64,000 bases of DNA, taken from positions 434,001-498,000 of the forward strand of contig NW_005434630.1 of the NCBI RefSeq assembly GCF_000315625.1. Reading direction: 5' to 3'. Within the stretch, counting starts at the first letter, position 1. The number at the start of each line of letters is the position of its first letter. Shown in pieces: positions 1-12,300 of the stretch. Position numbers and translations under genes: made by a program. Source of the DNA: Guillardia theta CCMP2712 (Eukaryota; Protista; Cryptophyta). The notes beneath the pieces were generated by a model. It saw only the letters and a program-made list of their open reading frames with translations, was not told the DNA's origin and did no database searches.

Positions 1-3000
1 GACGGTCTTAGGATGCATCGCTGCCTTTTCCTGCTCGTTGGAATCGCCCAGCTGCTCCTCAGACGTGAGGATGGAGATGGTGACGATGGTGTTGCTGGAG
101 GAGGAAGGAGAGGAGTCGAAGGAAGTGACTTCAATCAGCTCGTTCGAGACCTGCAGTACCTCCGCTAGCTCCAGCTTGATCAGGCGCATCTGGTGCGCCC
201 TGCCCACCAGGGACTTTGACACGAACTGCTGGAACGGCTGCTTGACTGTGAGGGCCAGCTCCGTGGTGTCGCGCGTGAAGCTCTTGATCTCTCTAGGGAG
301 CTTGCTCTTCCTCTTGAGGTCCGTGGACATGGCGCTGGCCTGTCTTGCCACTGTGTAGCCGATCCTCCTGCCTTCAAACTCTACCTCATCCCCGTCATTC
401 AGGGCCAGGATCTTGTCCTTGTACAGATCCGTCACGTCCCAGGTCAGGGCGTGACGAACCTTGACGATCTCTGGGCTCAAATTTTTGAGGAGGAGTCGCT
501 TCAGGTAGGCGTGCACGACGACGGAGGAGGTGGAGGGAGATTCTGGGTCCAGCGCGATGTAGTTCTCTCCCAACTTGAGCTCGATGCTCTGAGGAGTAGC
601 TTCCTCAACGGTCGCTTCCGTCTTGTGCAGCTTCGGGAGGAGGACGAAGGGCGATCGCATCAGCTCCTTGACCGCCTTGTCCGCCGACCTCGAGGGCCCC
701 TTCCTCTTGTCCTCCATCGCCATGGCCCCTAAGCTCTGGTTCTTCTTCCTCATGGATTCGAACATATCCTCCACCTTTGCCCCCTCTTCCTCGTCCCTGC
801 GCTTGAGGTAGTCCGACAGCGACTTCTGCTGCTTCTGCTTCTCGTCCGGCCCCTCCACCATCATCTCAGTGCTCCACTCCGTCCACCTCTTCTCCTTGAG
901 GTCCGACATGACCCGCAGCTGCAGGCGGTGAGAGCCTTTTCCCAGCTTGATCTTCGCCTGGAAGATCTTTTTCTGCCTCTTGTTGACCTGCAGCTGGACC
1001 TGTTGCTGGGATATCCCGTCGATCATGAACTGGTAGTGCGTGATGGACTGGATGTACTCGCCGGCGTCGAACCCTGGGGAGGCAGGGACGGTCCACCGCA
1101 GTACCATCTCGTCATCGTGCATGGACATGATCTCGAGCGCCTTGGGGGCGAGCAGAGCTTTCTTCCTGTCCTGCCCGTCGTGCTCGCTGAAGTTGGAGAA
1201 CATGGGATCAAAGTCCGTGATGCCCAGGTCCCGCTGCAGCTGCTTCACCGCCTCCCTGCTCGTCTCTGCTATCTTGATCTTCTTCAACTTCTCCTCCTCC
1301 CCCATTGGATCGTGCAGCACAACTCCCTCCACCTTGTCCTCCAGCTCTGCTGCCGTCTTCTCCAGCTTGTCGCGCAAGTATTCCGCGAAGTTCCCCTTGG
1401 CGATGTCCTGCAGCTCCTTGATGTTGAACTTGCTGTTCTCGAGCACGACGGCGGAGCAGAGGGTTGGCTGCTGCTCGAGGATGCGCTGGATGAGAACCTT
1501 CTTGGCCTTGTCGTTGAGCATGTACACCCCAGAACGCCAGAGGAGGAAGCGGATGGCGTAGGAGGAGAACTGAAGAAAGGTGCTGCCCATGGCCATGCAG
1601 AAGAAGAAGAAGCGAGACTGGGAGGAGAAGAACTGATTGAAGTTGTCGCCTCTCTTGGAGAACTCGTCGTTGGCGTTGCCGAAGATGCGGAAGAGACCAG
1701 CGGCGAGAATGATCGCGAGGTTGGTGAGGATACTGAGCGCGACTAGGATGAAGCCCTCGTACAACCGCAGCTCCCCTAGGAAGGCCTGGAGGTACTGCGT
1801 ACCCCCGACGTATCCTCCGTCTCCTCGGGTGAAGAAGGAGCCGATGAGGTTGCAGAAAGTGCGGAAGACGTGGAGGTTGAAGATGGCGTCCTTCATGGAG
1901 TAGATGGAGGAAGGGGCCTTGTAGCACAAGAGCGTCCAGAACTCGACGGAGGCGGTTAGGATGAGGATGGCAAGAAACTGGAAGCCGAGCACGGGCATGG
2001 CAAGCCAGCGGAAGAGGCAGGTGCAGTACTCGACTGGGCAGAAGTTGCAGGCGTCGATGCCGAACCAGAAGTAGGCGAAGACGATGAGACGAGAGCTGAG
2101 CTCGGCGAAGCGGTAGAGGAAGAGGACGACAAGCTCCATCTGCTCCAGGGAGAGGAAGGAGCACCTGCGGAAAGTCATCCTCATGGTGTGGAACTTGGAG
2201 ACGTCGAGGGTGACGGAGGTCTGGGCGGAGGCGATCATGGCGAAGAAGATGGTCACGACCTGCAGGACGGGAGCTAGAGGAGGAAGAAACTTTGAGCCGA
2301 ACCAGTACTTGCTCTCGTGCTGCATGCACGCGGTGATGTGCAGCAGCGCCGTGGGAAAGAGGACGAAGAATCGTTCGAGGTTCTTGGCGAGGAGGAGGAA
2401 GGGAACATCGCGGATGGCGGCTGTGATCTGCATGTGGGAAGCAAACCAGGGGGACTCCTGATGATGCCGCATCCGGTTCCGGAAGATGAGCTTGAGGAGG
2501 AAGGAGGAGAGGAGGAGGAAGAACCAGATGCAGTACGAGCAGATGATCATGAGGTAGTAGAAGGCATGGCCGGTGATGCCGCAACGGGCGCACCACTGGA
2601 AGAAGATCCTTGAGTCGGCGGTCGTGAGGGGTCCTCCCTGCCTTACCATCCTGTCGATCTTTTCGTAGTTGAAGATGAGGACGATGTTGAGGACGAGGTA
2701 GACGAGGGAGGAGGACAGCAGCGCTACGTGCGACCACAGCGTCTCCCGATGGGCGCTCCTCACCTTGGAAGCAGGGGCGATAATGGTCTTGATGATGGCT
2801 CGGTTCTTGGTGCAGTCCATCGGGTACTCTCCCCTCCTGTTCCTCGTGTGCTGTGCCCTCCCCTGCGCTCTGCAAACCAGCTCGATCACCCCCGGCAGGT
2901 TGTTGGAGGCAGCGGCGATGTGTAGAGGCGTGTTGCCCTCCTGCAGGAGGAGCGGATCGTTAGCTGTGACCGTTCTCATCCTCATCCTCGTCCTCATCCT

Positions 3001-4873
3001 CGTCCTCACTTTCTCCTGCCTCCTCCTCAACCCCAATTCCTCACAACCTACTCGCTTCCTCGTCCTCTCCTCCCCTCCTACCTCATCCTCTTGCCAGACG
3101 CCCTTGGGATGCTGATCGGCGAGAATCTTGAGAACGTCGAGGGCCTAACATGCCATACATCTCAGCTTTGGACCTTTCCTTCTTGTATCATCCGCCTTCT
3201 CTCTTCCCTCCCCCACTCCCACCCGAACTTTCTCCTCCTCCTCCCACCAACACCTTCCTCCACCTCCGGCTCTTTCTCTCCACTTCCTCTTTCTCTCACC
3301 TGTGGCGCACAAGTACACGCGATGATATGCAGGGGGAGCTGTCCTCGCTCGTTGGGGATGTAAGCTGTCTCAGGGTGGAAGGCAAGAAGCGCCTTGACGA
3401 TGTTGAGAGCTTGAGAGTTCTTGAGCACGACGTCCTGCGAGCATGCGCGATGCAGCATGTTGCCGATGTTCCCCGAGAGCCGCAGGGCCCCGTCAGGATA
3501 CGCCGTCGTCACTGCCGCCACCACCATCCCCACCGTCGAGGAGGTGGACATGAAGGCGATCTCCACAGGAAGCAGCCCGTTCTCGTCCTCAGCTCGCGCT
3601 GCCCCAGAGTTCAGCTGCGCCAGTTTCCTGACCATGTCCCCCGCGTCGTCGCTCGGGTTTGCTGCGGCGATGTGGAGGGGAAAGCGCATGGCATAGTCCC
3701 TGTGCCTCGGAGAGATAAGACGCTCCTGGTTGAGGGCAGCAGAGACCAGCAGGGCTCCGACTGGCCCACGGTTGGCGGCAGCGATATGGAGGGGCAGCTG
3801 TCGAAGACTGTCTTCAATGAGGACAGCAGGTTTGAGACTCGACCTGGAGAATGGGAAGTGAGAGAGAGGATGAGGGAGAAAAAGAGATAGATGAGATGAG
3901 ATGAGATGAGATGAGATGAGATGAGATGAGATGAGATGAGATGAGATGAGATGAGATGAGATGAGATGAGATGAGATGAGATGAGATGAGATGAGATGAG
4001 ATGAGATGGGATGAGATGAGATGAGGTGAGGTGAGGTGAGATGAGGTGAGATGAGATGAGATGAGATGAGATGAGATGAGATGAGGTGAGGTGAGATGAG
4101 GTGAGATGAGGTGAGATGAGATGAGATGGGATGGGATGGGATGAGGTGAGGTGAGGTGAGGTGAGGTGAGGTGAAAAAGAAGATAGAAGCAAGGAGTGCG
4201 GTAGATTTCGATGAAGCATCGATCATAAGAAGCGATTTGACGGAAGATGACGTATGAGTGGGAACGAGAGAAAAAAGGAAACGGAGAGAGGTCGAGCGAG
4301 GGTGAAGGCAGCTGAAAATCATGAAGGAGGAGAAAGAGAGGAGGGGCAAAAATGACAAGCATTGGGGAGAGGGCATGTGGGAAGGGAAGAAGAGGGGGGG
4401 GGGGGAGAAAAGGAACCTTGAAGGGCCAGCTAACAGCTCAAGGCACATTCCCACGGAGACAGAACTTTCGTTCTGCATGAGGATGTGAAGAGGTCTTCGC
4501 TCGAGTACAAAGGCAGCATCGTGGCACATTTCCCCCGTCCCAACCTTTCTTCCGTACTGCAAGGTATGCGGGTGTGAGAAAGAGGAGGAAGACGAGGAGG
4601 AGGAAGACGAGGAGGAGCAGGAGGGAGAGGGGGAGGAGCGGAAGGATGGGGAGGAGGACGGAGCGTACCGGGATGAACTCGTTGTCGCTTTCAACCGCGC
4701 GAAAGAGTTTGGCGACAGGGGAGAGCGAGAAATCCTCGAGGTCGAACACGTACCGCAGGTACCTTGCAGCTTCTGAGTTGCCTTGGCTTGCTGAATACCT
4801 GAGTAGTACATACACATTAAATATCTTTCTTGTAGTTGCTTTTCTCTCAAAAAATTGCACCCATCAGAGCTCT

Positions 4874-4928
<55 letters not shown>

Positions 4929-5513
4929 CTCCCTCCCTCCCTCCCTCCCTCCCTCCCTCCCTCCCTCCCCTCTTCATCATCCTCCTCTTCCCATCCGTCG
5001 TTTCCTCTCTCACCAGTTCAGGACATGTCTGGACTCCCAGGACTCGTCCACGTCATCTTCCAGGCCGTCAAGAAGCTTCAGGACAGCTAGCGACGCGAAC
5101 TCAGAAAAACAAGCGGAAAAAAGGAGAGGGGAGGGAGAGGGAGAGGGAGAGGGAGAGGGAGAGGGAGAGGGAGAGGGAGGAAGCGAGAGGGAAAAAGAGT
5201 TGGGATGATGAAAAGGTTTGAGGTGCAGGAAATGCAATGAGGGAGTTGAGGTTTGCTGTTTTACCTCCATTCAGCTCCTCGATCAGTGCGCTCGATCCTC
5301 CGAAGAAGCGCTTTTTTTCCATCTTGATGATCGATTGAAGTTTGGTCTCCTTGTTTCTCCGCATCATCCTGCTGCTGTCTGCTGCTGCCTTCCAGGACCG
5401 TAAGAAAAGACCTGCGAGCCAGTCAGGGAAAGCAAGGAAGGGAAGCCACTGAGCGATGGTGAAGCAGACCCGACAGTCAGTCAGTCAGTCAGTCAGTCAG
5501 TCAGTCAGTCAGT

Positions 5514-5545
<32 letters not shown>

Positions 5546-7709
5546 AATCAGTCAGTCAGATGAGAGGTGGGCAGGCGACTGAGCCGAAGGTAAGTTACCT
5601 CGGAGGAGGATCTGAGGGAGAGAAGATGAGAGGGAGGAGCGAACGGCATGCCCCTGAGCGATCTGCATTTCCCTCCCTGCCTGCTAGCACGTCAGCCTCC
5701 CTCGAACATCAGAGCAATCAGTATTACTCTGAATCCGCTCCCCCTGCCGTCATGACCGTACCCAACGGGGAAGGCGGCAAGCAGCATGTTTGACATGCGG
5801 CTGACAGCTTGCTTGTAGGTCAAGGCGATCTTCTCCCACTGAAATATGAACAGATGAGCAGCCGAACATCATCGTTGGGAGGATTCTCATTATCAACATC
5901 GAATGTTGCTCATTCTCTCCTCGCCCCTTTCCTTTCCTCCTGCTCGTCCTCCTGCCTCCCCTCCTTGCTCCTTGCTGCTCTCCACTCGAAGTCACAGCTC
6001 CTTGCTCCCTCACCTGCCCCGCCGGCGGATCTTTGGAGCTGTAGATTCCCGTGGTCGCGTCGAAGCTCAGCTCCGTCTTTCTGACCGTGTGCAAGACGCA
6101 CTCGGGAGCGACGAGCAGGATCATCTGCCGAGCTGTTGCTGAGCAGATGCAGGAGGAGGAAGCGTGGGAGTACCTTGAGGGCTCGCAGGGCACTTTCTTT
6201 CCTCCCGTTCATGTTCATGAGGACGTAGTCCTGGTCGGAGACTTCATTCGGATCATGTCGAGGCAGTTCACTCACCACAGGGAGCAACCCGTCCATGTCC
6301 GGTTGCATCGCACCCTCTGGGTACCCGAAGTCCTCGTTGAGGAGGGAACGAACCATCCGATGGACGTTGGGATTCATCTCGGTATGCAGCCTGAAGGTTG
6401 TGTCCTGCGGATTGGTTTAGGAAGGAAAAAGAAGGGAAGGGAAGCGAGGGAGAGAGAGGGAGGGAGAGGGAGTGAGAGGATGAGGTACGATCAGGAGTGC
6501 TATGAGGTTTGAGGAGGAGCCGGAGGGAATCGTCTGTCACCTGACGGCTTGTGGGCCCTTCATTCCTACAAGCATAGTGCAGGGCAAGCGAGCCAAACCG
6601 ATCCTTCTGACGGGCAGCGAACCTGTTGGTCTTCAAGAGCTCCTCCACTGCCGAGGTTGCGTCAGCCACCTCCTCCTCTTCTCACTATCAAGGACGCACC
6701 TATCAAGGGCGCGATCTCGTTCTCATTCATAGCCGCCACGTGGATGGGAAACAAGCCAAACTCGTCGGCCTTGCCGATCTCCCAGGGACGGGAGGAGAGC
6801 CTGTACTTCACGTCATCCAGCCGATCTCCAGCACAGATGTCGCAGAGGGAGGAGCGCTCCAAGTAGACGAGGTATCGTTGCGACTCCATGAGCTTCAAGA
6901 AGGTACGGAGGAGGCGAAGTCCGATGGCTATTCGAGAGATCAAACGAGACCCCGTCGCCGCGTTCCTGGCTGTCGATGCTCCGGAGGTTGAGGAGGTCTG
7001 GATGGCACATTCTTCTGGATAGTTGGCCGCAGACATGACAGGAGGATGAGGAGCTTTGATGATGGCGTAGTCATTGATGATCTTGTAAAAGGTCAAGATA
7101 AAGGACAGCAGGACTATAAGAGCGTCGAAAAGGTTCCAACGATGCTTCAGGATCTCAAACACCCCGAACGCTACCATCCTCGACAGAAGCTCCAGCGCAA
7201 AGAGGGAGATGATGATGGAGGAGATGGCTGTCTGGGGCACTGAATCGCGACCATAACAATCTGAGCTCAAATCTCAGCAAGCGAGCAGGCAGGGTTGGGG
7301 TACCTTTCTGACTCTCGGATATTCCATACGTGTATATGAGAGTGGAGGTGACGTCCACAATTACGAGAGAGATGATGAGGATGTTGATCTTCAAGACAAC
7401 ATCGCGGCTCTGAGCACATGGTCACAGGAAGTAGAACACCTCGTACCACAGAGACCTCAAGTTTCTTGGCAAGCCAAACTTTCCAACGCCCTGAACAATG
7501 GTTTCTAATGAGCACATTTGCTATGATAAGAAGTACCCCTGGGTTTCCGCTCTGGTTCAGAAACAGGCACTTGGACTGCACCAGGTTCTCCCTCAGCTAC
7601 AGTCTCCTGGCAAATGAATGTCAGCAAAAATTACTGAGCATCCTGTATAAACCTGAGGCTTCGTAGCCTCCTGAATGTCTATCTGATCGTTCTGAATCGT
7701 GGATGTCAT
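1..7709 (-). CDS. Large multi-exon membrane protein: N-terminal voltage-sensing domain (S1-S4), many ankyrin repeats, XK/Xkr-family multi-TM domain, FN3-like domain and coiled region; 3' end lies beyond the window
   Basis: VSD: ILIISLVIVDV (S1), IISLFALELLSRMVAFG (S2), WNLFDALIVLLSF (S3), SRIAIGLRLLRTFLK (S4). These run in one ORF (6662-7270) into the ankyrin motif DEFGLFPIHVAAMN. Further LPLHIAA / GSLALHYAC / GNTPLHIAA repeats occur at 6640-2880 and are joinable by GT-AG introns. The exon from ~2940 to 1 is open and reads RDVPFLLLAKNLERFFVLFPTALLHI, LQVVTIFFAMIASAQTSVTLD and VLFLYRFAELSSRLIVFAYFW (XK-like), then VLRWTVP...YQF...LQLRVMSDLKEKRWTEWS (FN3-like). Start codon is approximate. Confidence 0.75.
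3889..4174. repeat. Intronic pentanucleotide microsatellite (ATGAG)n with GTGAG/ATGGG variants
   Basis: Directly visible ~285-bp array. Confidence 0.97.
4876..4970. repeat. Intronic (GCT)n followed by (CCCT)n
   Basis: Directly visible. Confidence 0.95.
5125..5178. repeat. Intronic (GAGGGA)n
   Basis: Directly visible. Confidence 0.95.
5473..5559. repeat. Intronic (CAGT)n/(CAGA)n
   Basis: Directly visible. Confidence 0.95.
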
Positions 7710-8278
7710 ACTTCCCTGTCACAGGTTCTGACACCCTGACAAGGCCGAGGTTTGTCGACAAGGCAGTTCTGCAGTTTCAAACGAGTGCTGTCGGTGATAC
7801 CATATCTTTGTCCGATAGCTGGACAACAAAAGGAAAGAAAGTGATGCTAAGTTTCCAAGCTATGGCTCCTCCGTTGCCCTGCCTGCTCCCTGCTCCCTGC
7901 TCCCTGCTCCCCCTCCCCTTCTCCTCCATCTTCTTCCATGTTCGTTCTTCTCCGACCGCCACTGGGGAGATATATCTGTCAACTGCACGTCAAAAACAAC
8001 TTCTTTTTTAGGCTACTCAAAAGTCCTTCTAAAAGTTCAAATTTGGATATTTATTTTGAAATACTAGGCGCAAATGTACAATCAAACCACTCTCTCCAAG
8101 TACATTTTGATCAGTAGGCGCTAATCACTTTGGGAGGAGGAGCAGGAGCGGCAGAAGCAGCAGCAGGCAGAGCAAGAGAAGCAGAATGCCGATGACAGCA
8201 TACCATCACACTCCCGTCTTTGGATCCTGCTGAACAAAGTCCTTATCGCAGGGACAAGGACGGGAAGTTGTCGGTAGA

Positions 8279-9298
8279 ATGGGCTCAGCGCTCAGCGACC
8301 CAACGAATGAAGGAAGACAAGAGCTCTCCGACCAGTTCATCGAGACCATGCAGCATCGGATGGCAGTGTTGAAGAGGAACAGGCAGGAGCATCTTGCGGG
8401 GAAGATCAGAGAGAAATGGCAGCAGGATCGGTCTGTGTGGACCGTGGAGACCATGTACAAGAAGCTTCGAGAGGGGATCGACTGGATCGATGAAGACCGC
8501 CCCTCTGTTGCCCAGTAAGTGATGAAGCAAAGGTGAGCGCTCTGATCCGGTGGTTGTGCAGTGGTGCAGAAGGGGAGCAGGTAAGAGTTTCCCCTGTCCT
8601 GGAGGCGAGGAAAGGAGAGAAGAAGAGCAAGCCCCAAGCCGAGAAGCCGTCCATCGTTTACCTGCAGCCTCTCGTGACCACTCAGGGCCTCCTGCCCTTG
8701 TACATCTGAATGGAACCTGCAGGAGAAGCAGAATGCACAGGCGTGGGAGGAGTACAAGTATCCAGCGGGGGGTCTCGGGTTCGACCACGTGCTTGCCTGC
8801 CGGCCAACACCCTTGCGGTGCAATGATGAGCTTCGGGCAGATCATACGGCCGGTGGAGTACGAGAAAGGACACAAGGCGGAGCGGGATCGGAACGAAGAC
8901 TTGTTCCGAAGTAGGGAGACGGTCGATGCTCGGGCCAGTTACGGTGACCGCTTCGAGCAGGCAAGGCCTCCCGGACAGTAGATGCGTATCAGCGATACTA
9001 CGAGCGGAGGGATGTTGAGATCGCTAAGTTGTACTCGGTGCACGTGAAGACGCATCGGGTGAGTATGCTGTTCCTTGGCGATGTGATGAAGAGGAGCAGG
9101 TCAGGGCAGGAGTCTCCGACCCAGCAGAGAAGAAAAAGATTTCCGAGTTCGGTGAGATACACATCAAGCTCAGGCACGCGCCTGATCTGCTTCTTTCCTC
9201 GGGCAGGCGCGCAAGAGGAGGAGGCAAAGGTGGCGTTCCACGAGGAGAGAAGCTTCAAGGATCGGGAGATCGAGAGGCTGATCGAGGTGATGAGGTAG
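8279..9298 (+). CDS. Hypothetical multi-exon charged/helical protein
   Basis: Coding-like exons (MGSALSDPTNEGRQELSDQFIETMQHRM...; IIRPVEYEKGHK...; DAYQRYYERRDVEIAKLYSVH; EEAKVAFHEERSFKDREIERLIEVMR*) linked by short GT-AG introns; no family recognised. Confidence 0.6.
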
Positions 9299-9381
9299 AG
9301 AGGAGCAGCGAGCCAACTTATCACTTCATTCCTCATGTACACGAACCTTTCACATCTACTCCCCCCCCCCCCCCTCTCTCC

Positions 9382-12300
9382 TCAGTGCTTCGAGCGCGAG
9401 CCCTTCTTCACCGCGGACTTCTTGTTGCTCTTCTTGGACTCCATCTCTTCCTCCTGGCAAGCCCGGTCAGCACCGCTCCCTCACCTCACCTCGATCAGCA
9501 CCGCTCCCTCCCCTCACCTCGATCAGCTCCCGTGCGATGGCGTCAGCATCTCGTTCCCGCTGCTTCTGCTGCCACGAAGACTCCTCCTCCTCCTTTGCCT
9601 TTCGCTTCTCCCTCCTGCTCCATCGCTCAGGACAACACGCGCATCCGTCAGCCGTTCGTCTACCTCCGGTTGAGCTCCTTCCTCGCCTGGTGCGCAGCAT
9701 CGGAGAATGGGAGAGGCTGAATGAAAGTGAGAGGAAGAAGAGAAAGGCTGAGGCAGCATACAACGTGTGCTTGCGGATTTGTGGTGGGCGTGAAGGTCCT
9801 GACCCATCGGATATTTTCCTTGAGCTCGTGAGGGCTAGCGGCAACATCAGTCTCCTCCTCCTCCTCGTCCTCCTCCTAGGCGGAGTGGAGGGAGTACCTT
9901 GAGCTCAGAATGCTGTTCAGCAGGTTCTCTGCCTCTCCAACCACATCCGAGTCGATATGAAACTGCATCGGCGTCAATTCGCTCCCCTCCCCTCCCCTCC
10001 CCTTCTCTCCCTCTTCTCCCGCAGCTTCATTTTCCCCCTCCTGCTTCCTGAGTCCGAGCCACCACATCATTCTACCCATCCTCCCGCCACTTTCCTCCTT
10101 TCCTCCGCCTCCTTCCTGCTCTGCTCCAACCTGCCCAATCTGCATCATCTTGGACAGACGCTCAGGGTCCAAGTCCGTAGCTTTCCTGTAGAGCCTCATG
10201 GCTTCTGCGTGCAACAAGTCAGAGGGAGCGAGAGAGGAGGAGGGAGACGCGCCTAAATGCTCCCCCTTCATCTCCCGGAGGATGTGGGCCAGTAGGTAGA
10301 TGGAGGAGACGTCGTGCGGGTCGATCTCCAGTGCCTTTCGCACGAAAACTTCCGCCTTGTCAAAGTCGGCTCCGTTCTCGCGGAGGAAGGCAGCGTAGTT
10401 GTAGCAGACAGCAAGGTTGTTGGGCGCCTGCAAGGCAGGTGAGGACGGCAGTCAAAAGAGGCTTCCAGTTCGACAGCAGGAGCAGGAGCAGGAGCAGGAG
10501 CAAAGAAACGGGGAGAAGCAGGAGGAAAGAGAGGAGCGAGGAGAGCAGGAGAGAAATGAGGATGATAAGAAGGATGGTGGGACTAGGATGGAAAGAGAGG
10601 GAAGCGGGAGGAGGAGGAGGAGGAGGAGGAAGGGGAGGACAGGAAGGATGGGGAGAGGGAGAGAACAAGGAGGAGCCAAGTGTCGCGTACCAACTCGTAA
10701 GACTGCTCAAAGAGCCTGATGGCCTTGTCCATCAGGTACTCCTTCTGCTTCTCGATATCGCTTCTTCCTTGCATGCTGTCGCCCTCGCTCTGATGATTCA
10801 GATGGCGCAGGTGAACTCCCGTCATGATTGCATAGCTGCACAGAGCTGTAAAGTGGGTCGAGTTGATCTGCAGCGCCCTGAAACATCATACAACACCAAA
10901 TGTCAAATCTCACACCCTTGATATCCCTCCTTTTGTTCATCTCTGCCACTCCCTGCCCCCTCATTCCTTCGTTACTCTCTCCTCCCTCGTCCTTCCGTCC
11001 CTTCCTCTCCCTTCCGCCTCACAGCCTCCTCCAAAACTCTTCTCAGCTCACTCGCTTTCTCACCTCTCATAAAGCACATTCGCCCTGTCAAAGTTTGCGT
11101 GCGCCTCGAAGTACAAGTTCGCTAGACTGATAATGGCGTCCAACGACATCGGATCCGCCATCACCGCAGCCTCGTACATCATTGTCGCTCCTGGCAAGTC
11201 GTCGGCGTCGTCCAGGAGACGCCCATACTTGCAGAGATACTTGCCGTTGTTCGGCTTCAGAAGCGTCAACTTCTCGTACTCGATCCTTGCTCTCTGGACG
11301 TCGTGCAGTTTGTCATGAAGCATGGCCCCGTACATGAATCTTGTCTCAGCGTTGTTGGGGTCAAGGCTGAGGGCCTTCTGGAAGACTTTCTCTGCATTTC
11401 GATAGTCTTGCTTCTCCTCTGCGCGCGGTCGGTCAGGACGAACTGCTTTCATGCAGGTCAAGGGTCACCGAGAAAGACGGCGTAGTTGCTGTAAATATCG
11501 GGATCGGAAGGAAGAAGCTCCATCGCTCGAGTGTATGCAGCTTCTGCTTCTTCCTTGCGATCAGTAAGATGATGCAGGTTCAAGGCAAAGGTTGAGACTG
11601 CGACACTGCACACGAGGGGGTCAGCATCATTCCTCCCCGTTCAATCATCTTCTACCGCCCTCACTCTGCACTTCTCTTCTTGCTTGTCCACTTTCTCAAC
11701 TCTGCCATTTCCCTCTGGACTTCACCTTCATCCTTCCTTTATCTTGCCACCTACTCCGTTCACTCCTCGCCTTCTCATCTCTCATCGCTCCTCCCCTCAT
11801 TCTCCTCCTCCCCTCGTTCTCTTCTTCACTCGCCATCTGCTTCTCTCCCCCACGCTCACCCGAAGTTTGGAGCAACATTGAGAGCATCTCTGAAGAGCTT
11901 GATACAGTGGTCTGAAAATCCTTCCTGCCGATCGATGAAATTGGCATACGCATACATCACCCATGCGTCATTGGGATTGTTTTTCAGCACAGTTTCAAAG
12001 ATTAATCGCGCTCCTCTTATGTCGCCTGTGAACAAGGGATCCTCAGCCCTGTATCTCTCCTCCTCCTCCTGCACCTCCTCCTCTCACCAAACACTCGCTC
12101 TCGGAAATCGGAGAAGGAGATTGCAAGGTGAACATGCAGGGGGTTGACGGCGAACGCTTTCTCGAACATGGCCTGGACCTGCTGCACCACCGGCTGCTTG
12201 AGGTCGCTTCCCTCACAATTGTGCTTGAGCAAGTGAGCACATAAAAGCTTAACCTGCTGCTCCGTGAGGAGGGAGGGAGGAGGAAGAAAGAACAAGGGAG

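Noticed and set aside
928-2875. Long ORFs 928-1746 (+) and 1208-2875 (-)
   Set aside because: Antisense or off-frame shadows of the GC3-rich XK exon, whose true frame is not in the ORF track because it has no stop inside the window
3162-4850. 562-aa ORF with SHLIS repeats
   Set aside because: Read-through of intronic (CTCAT)n and other microsatellites; only the ankyrin exons are real
6890-7400. Hv1 proton channel call for the voltage sensor
   Set aside because: The S1 Asp is present, but S4 lacks the RxWRxxR signature and the domain continues into ankyrin repeats
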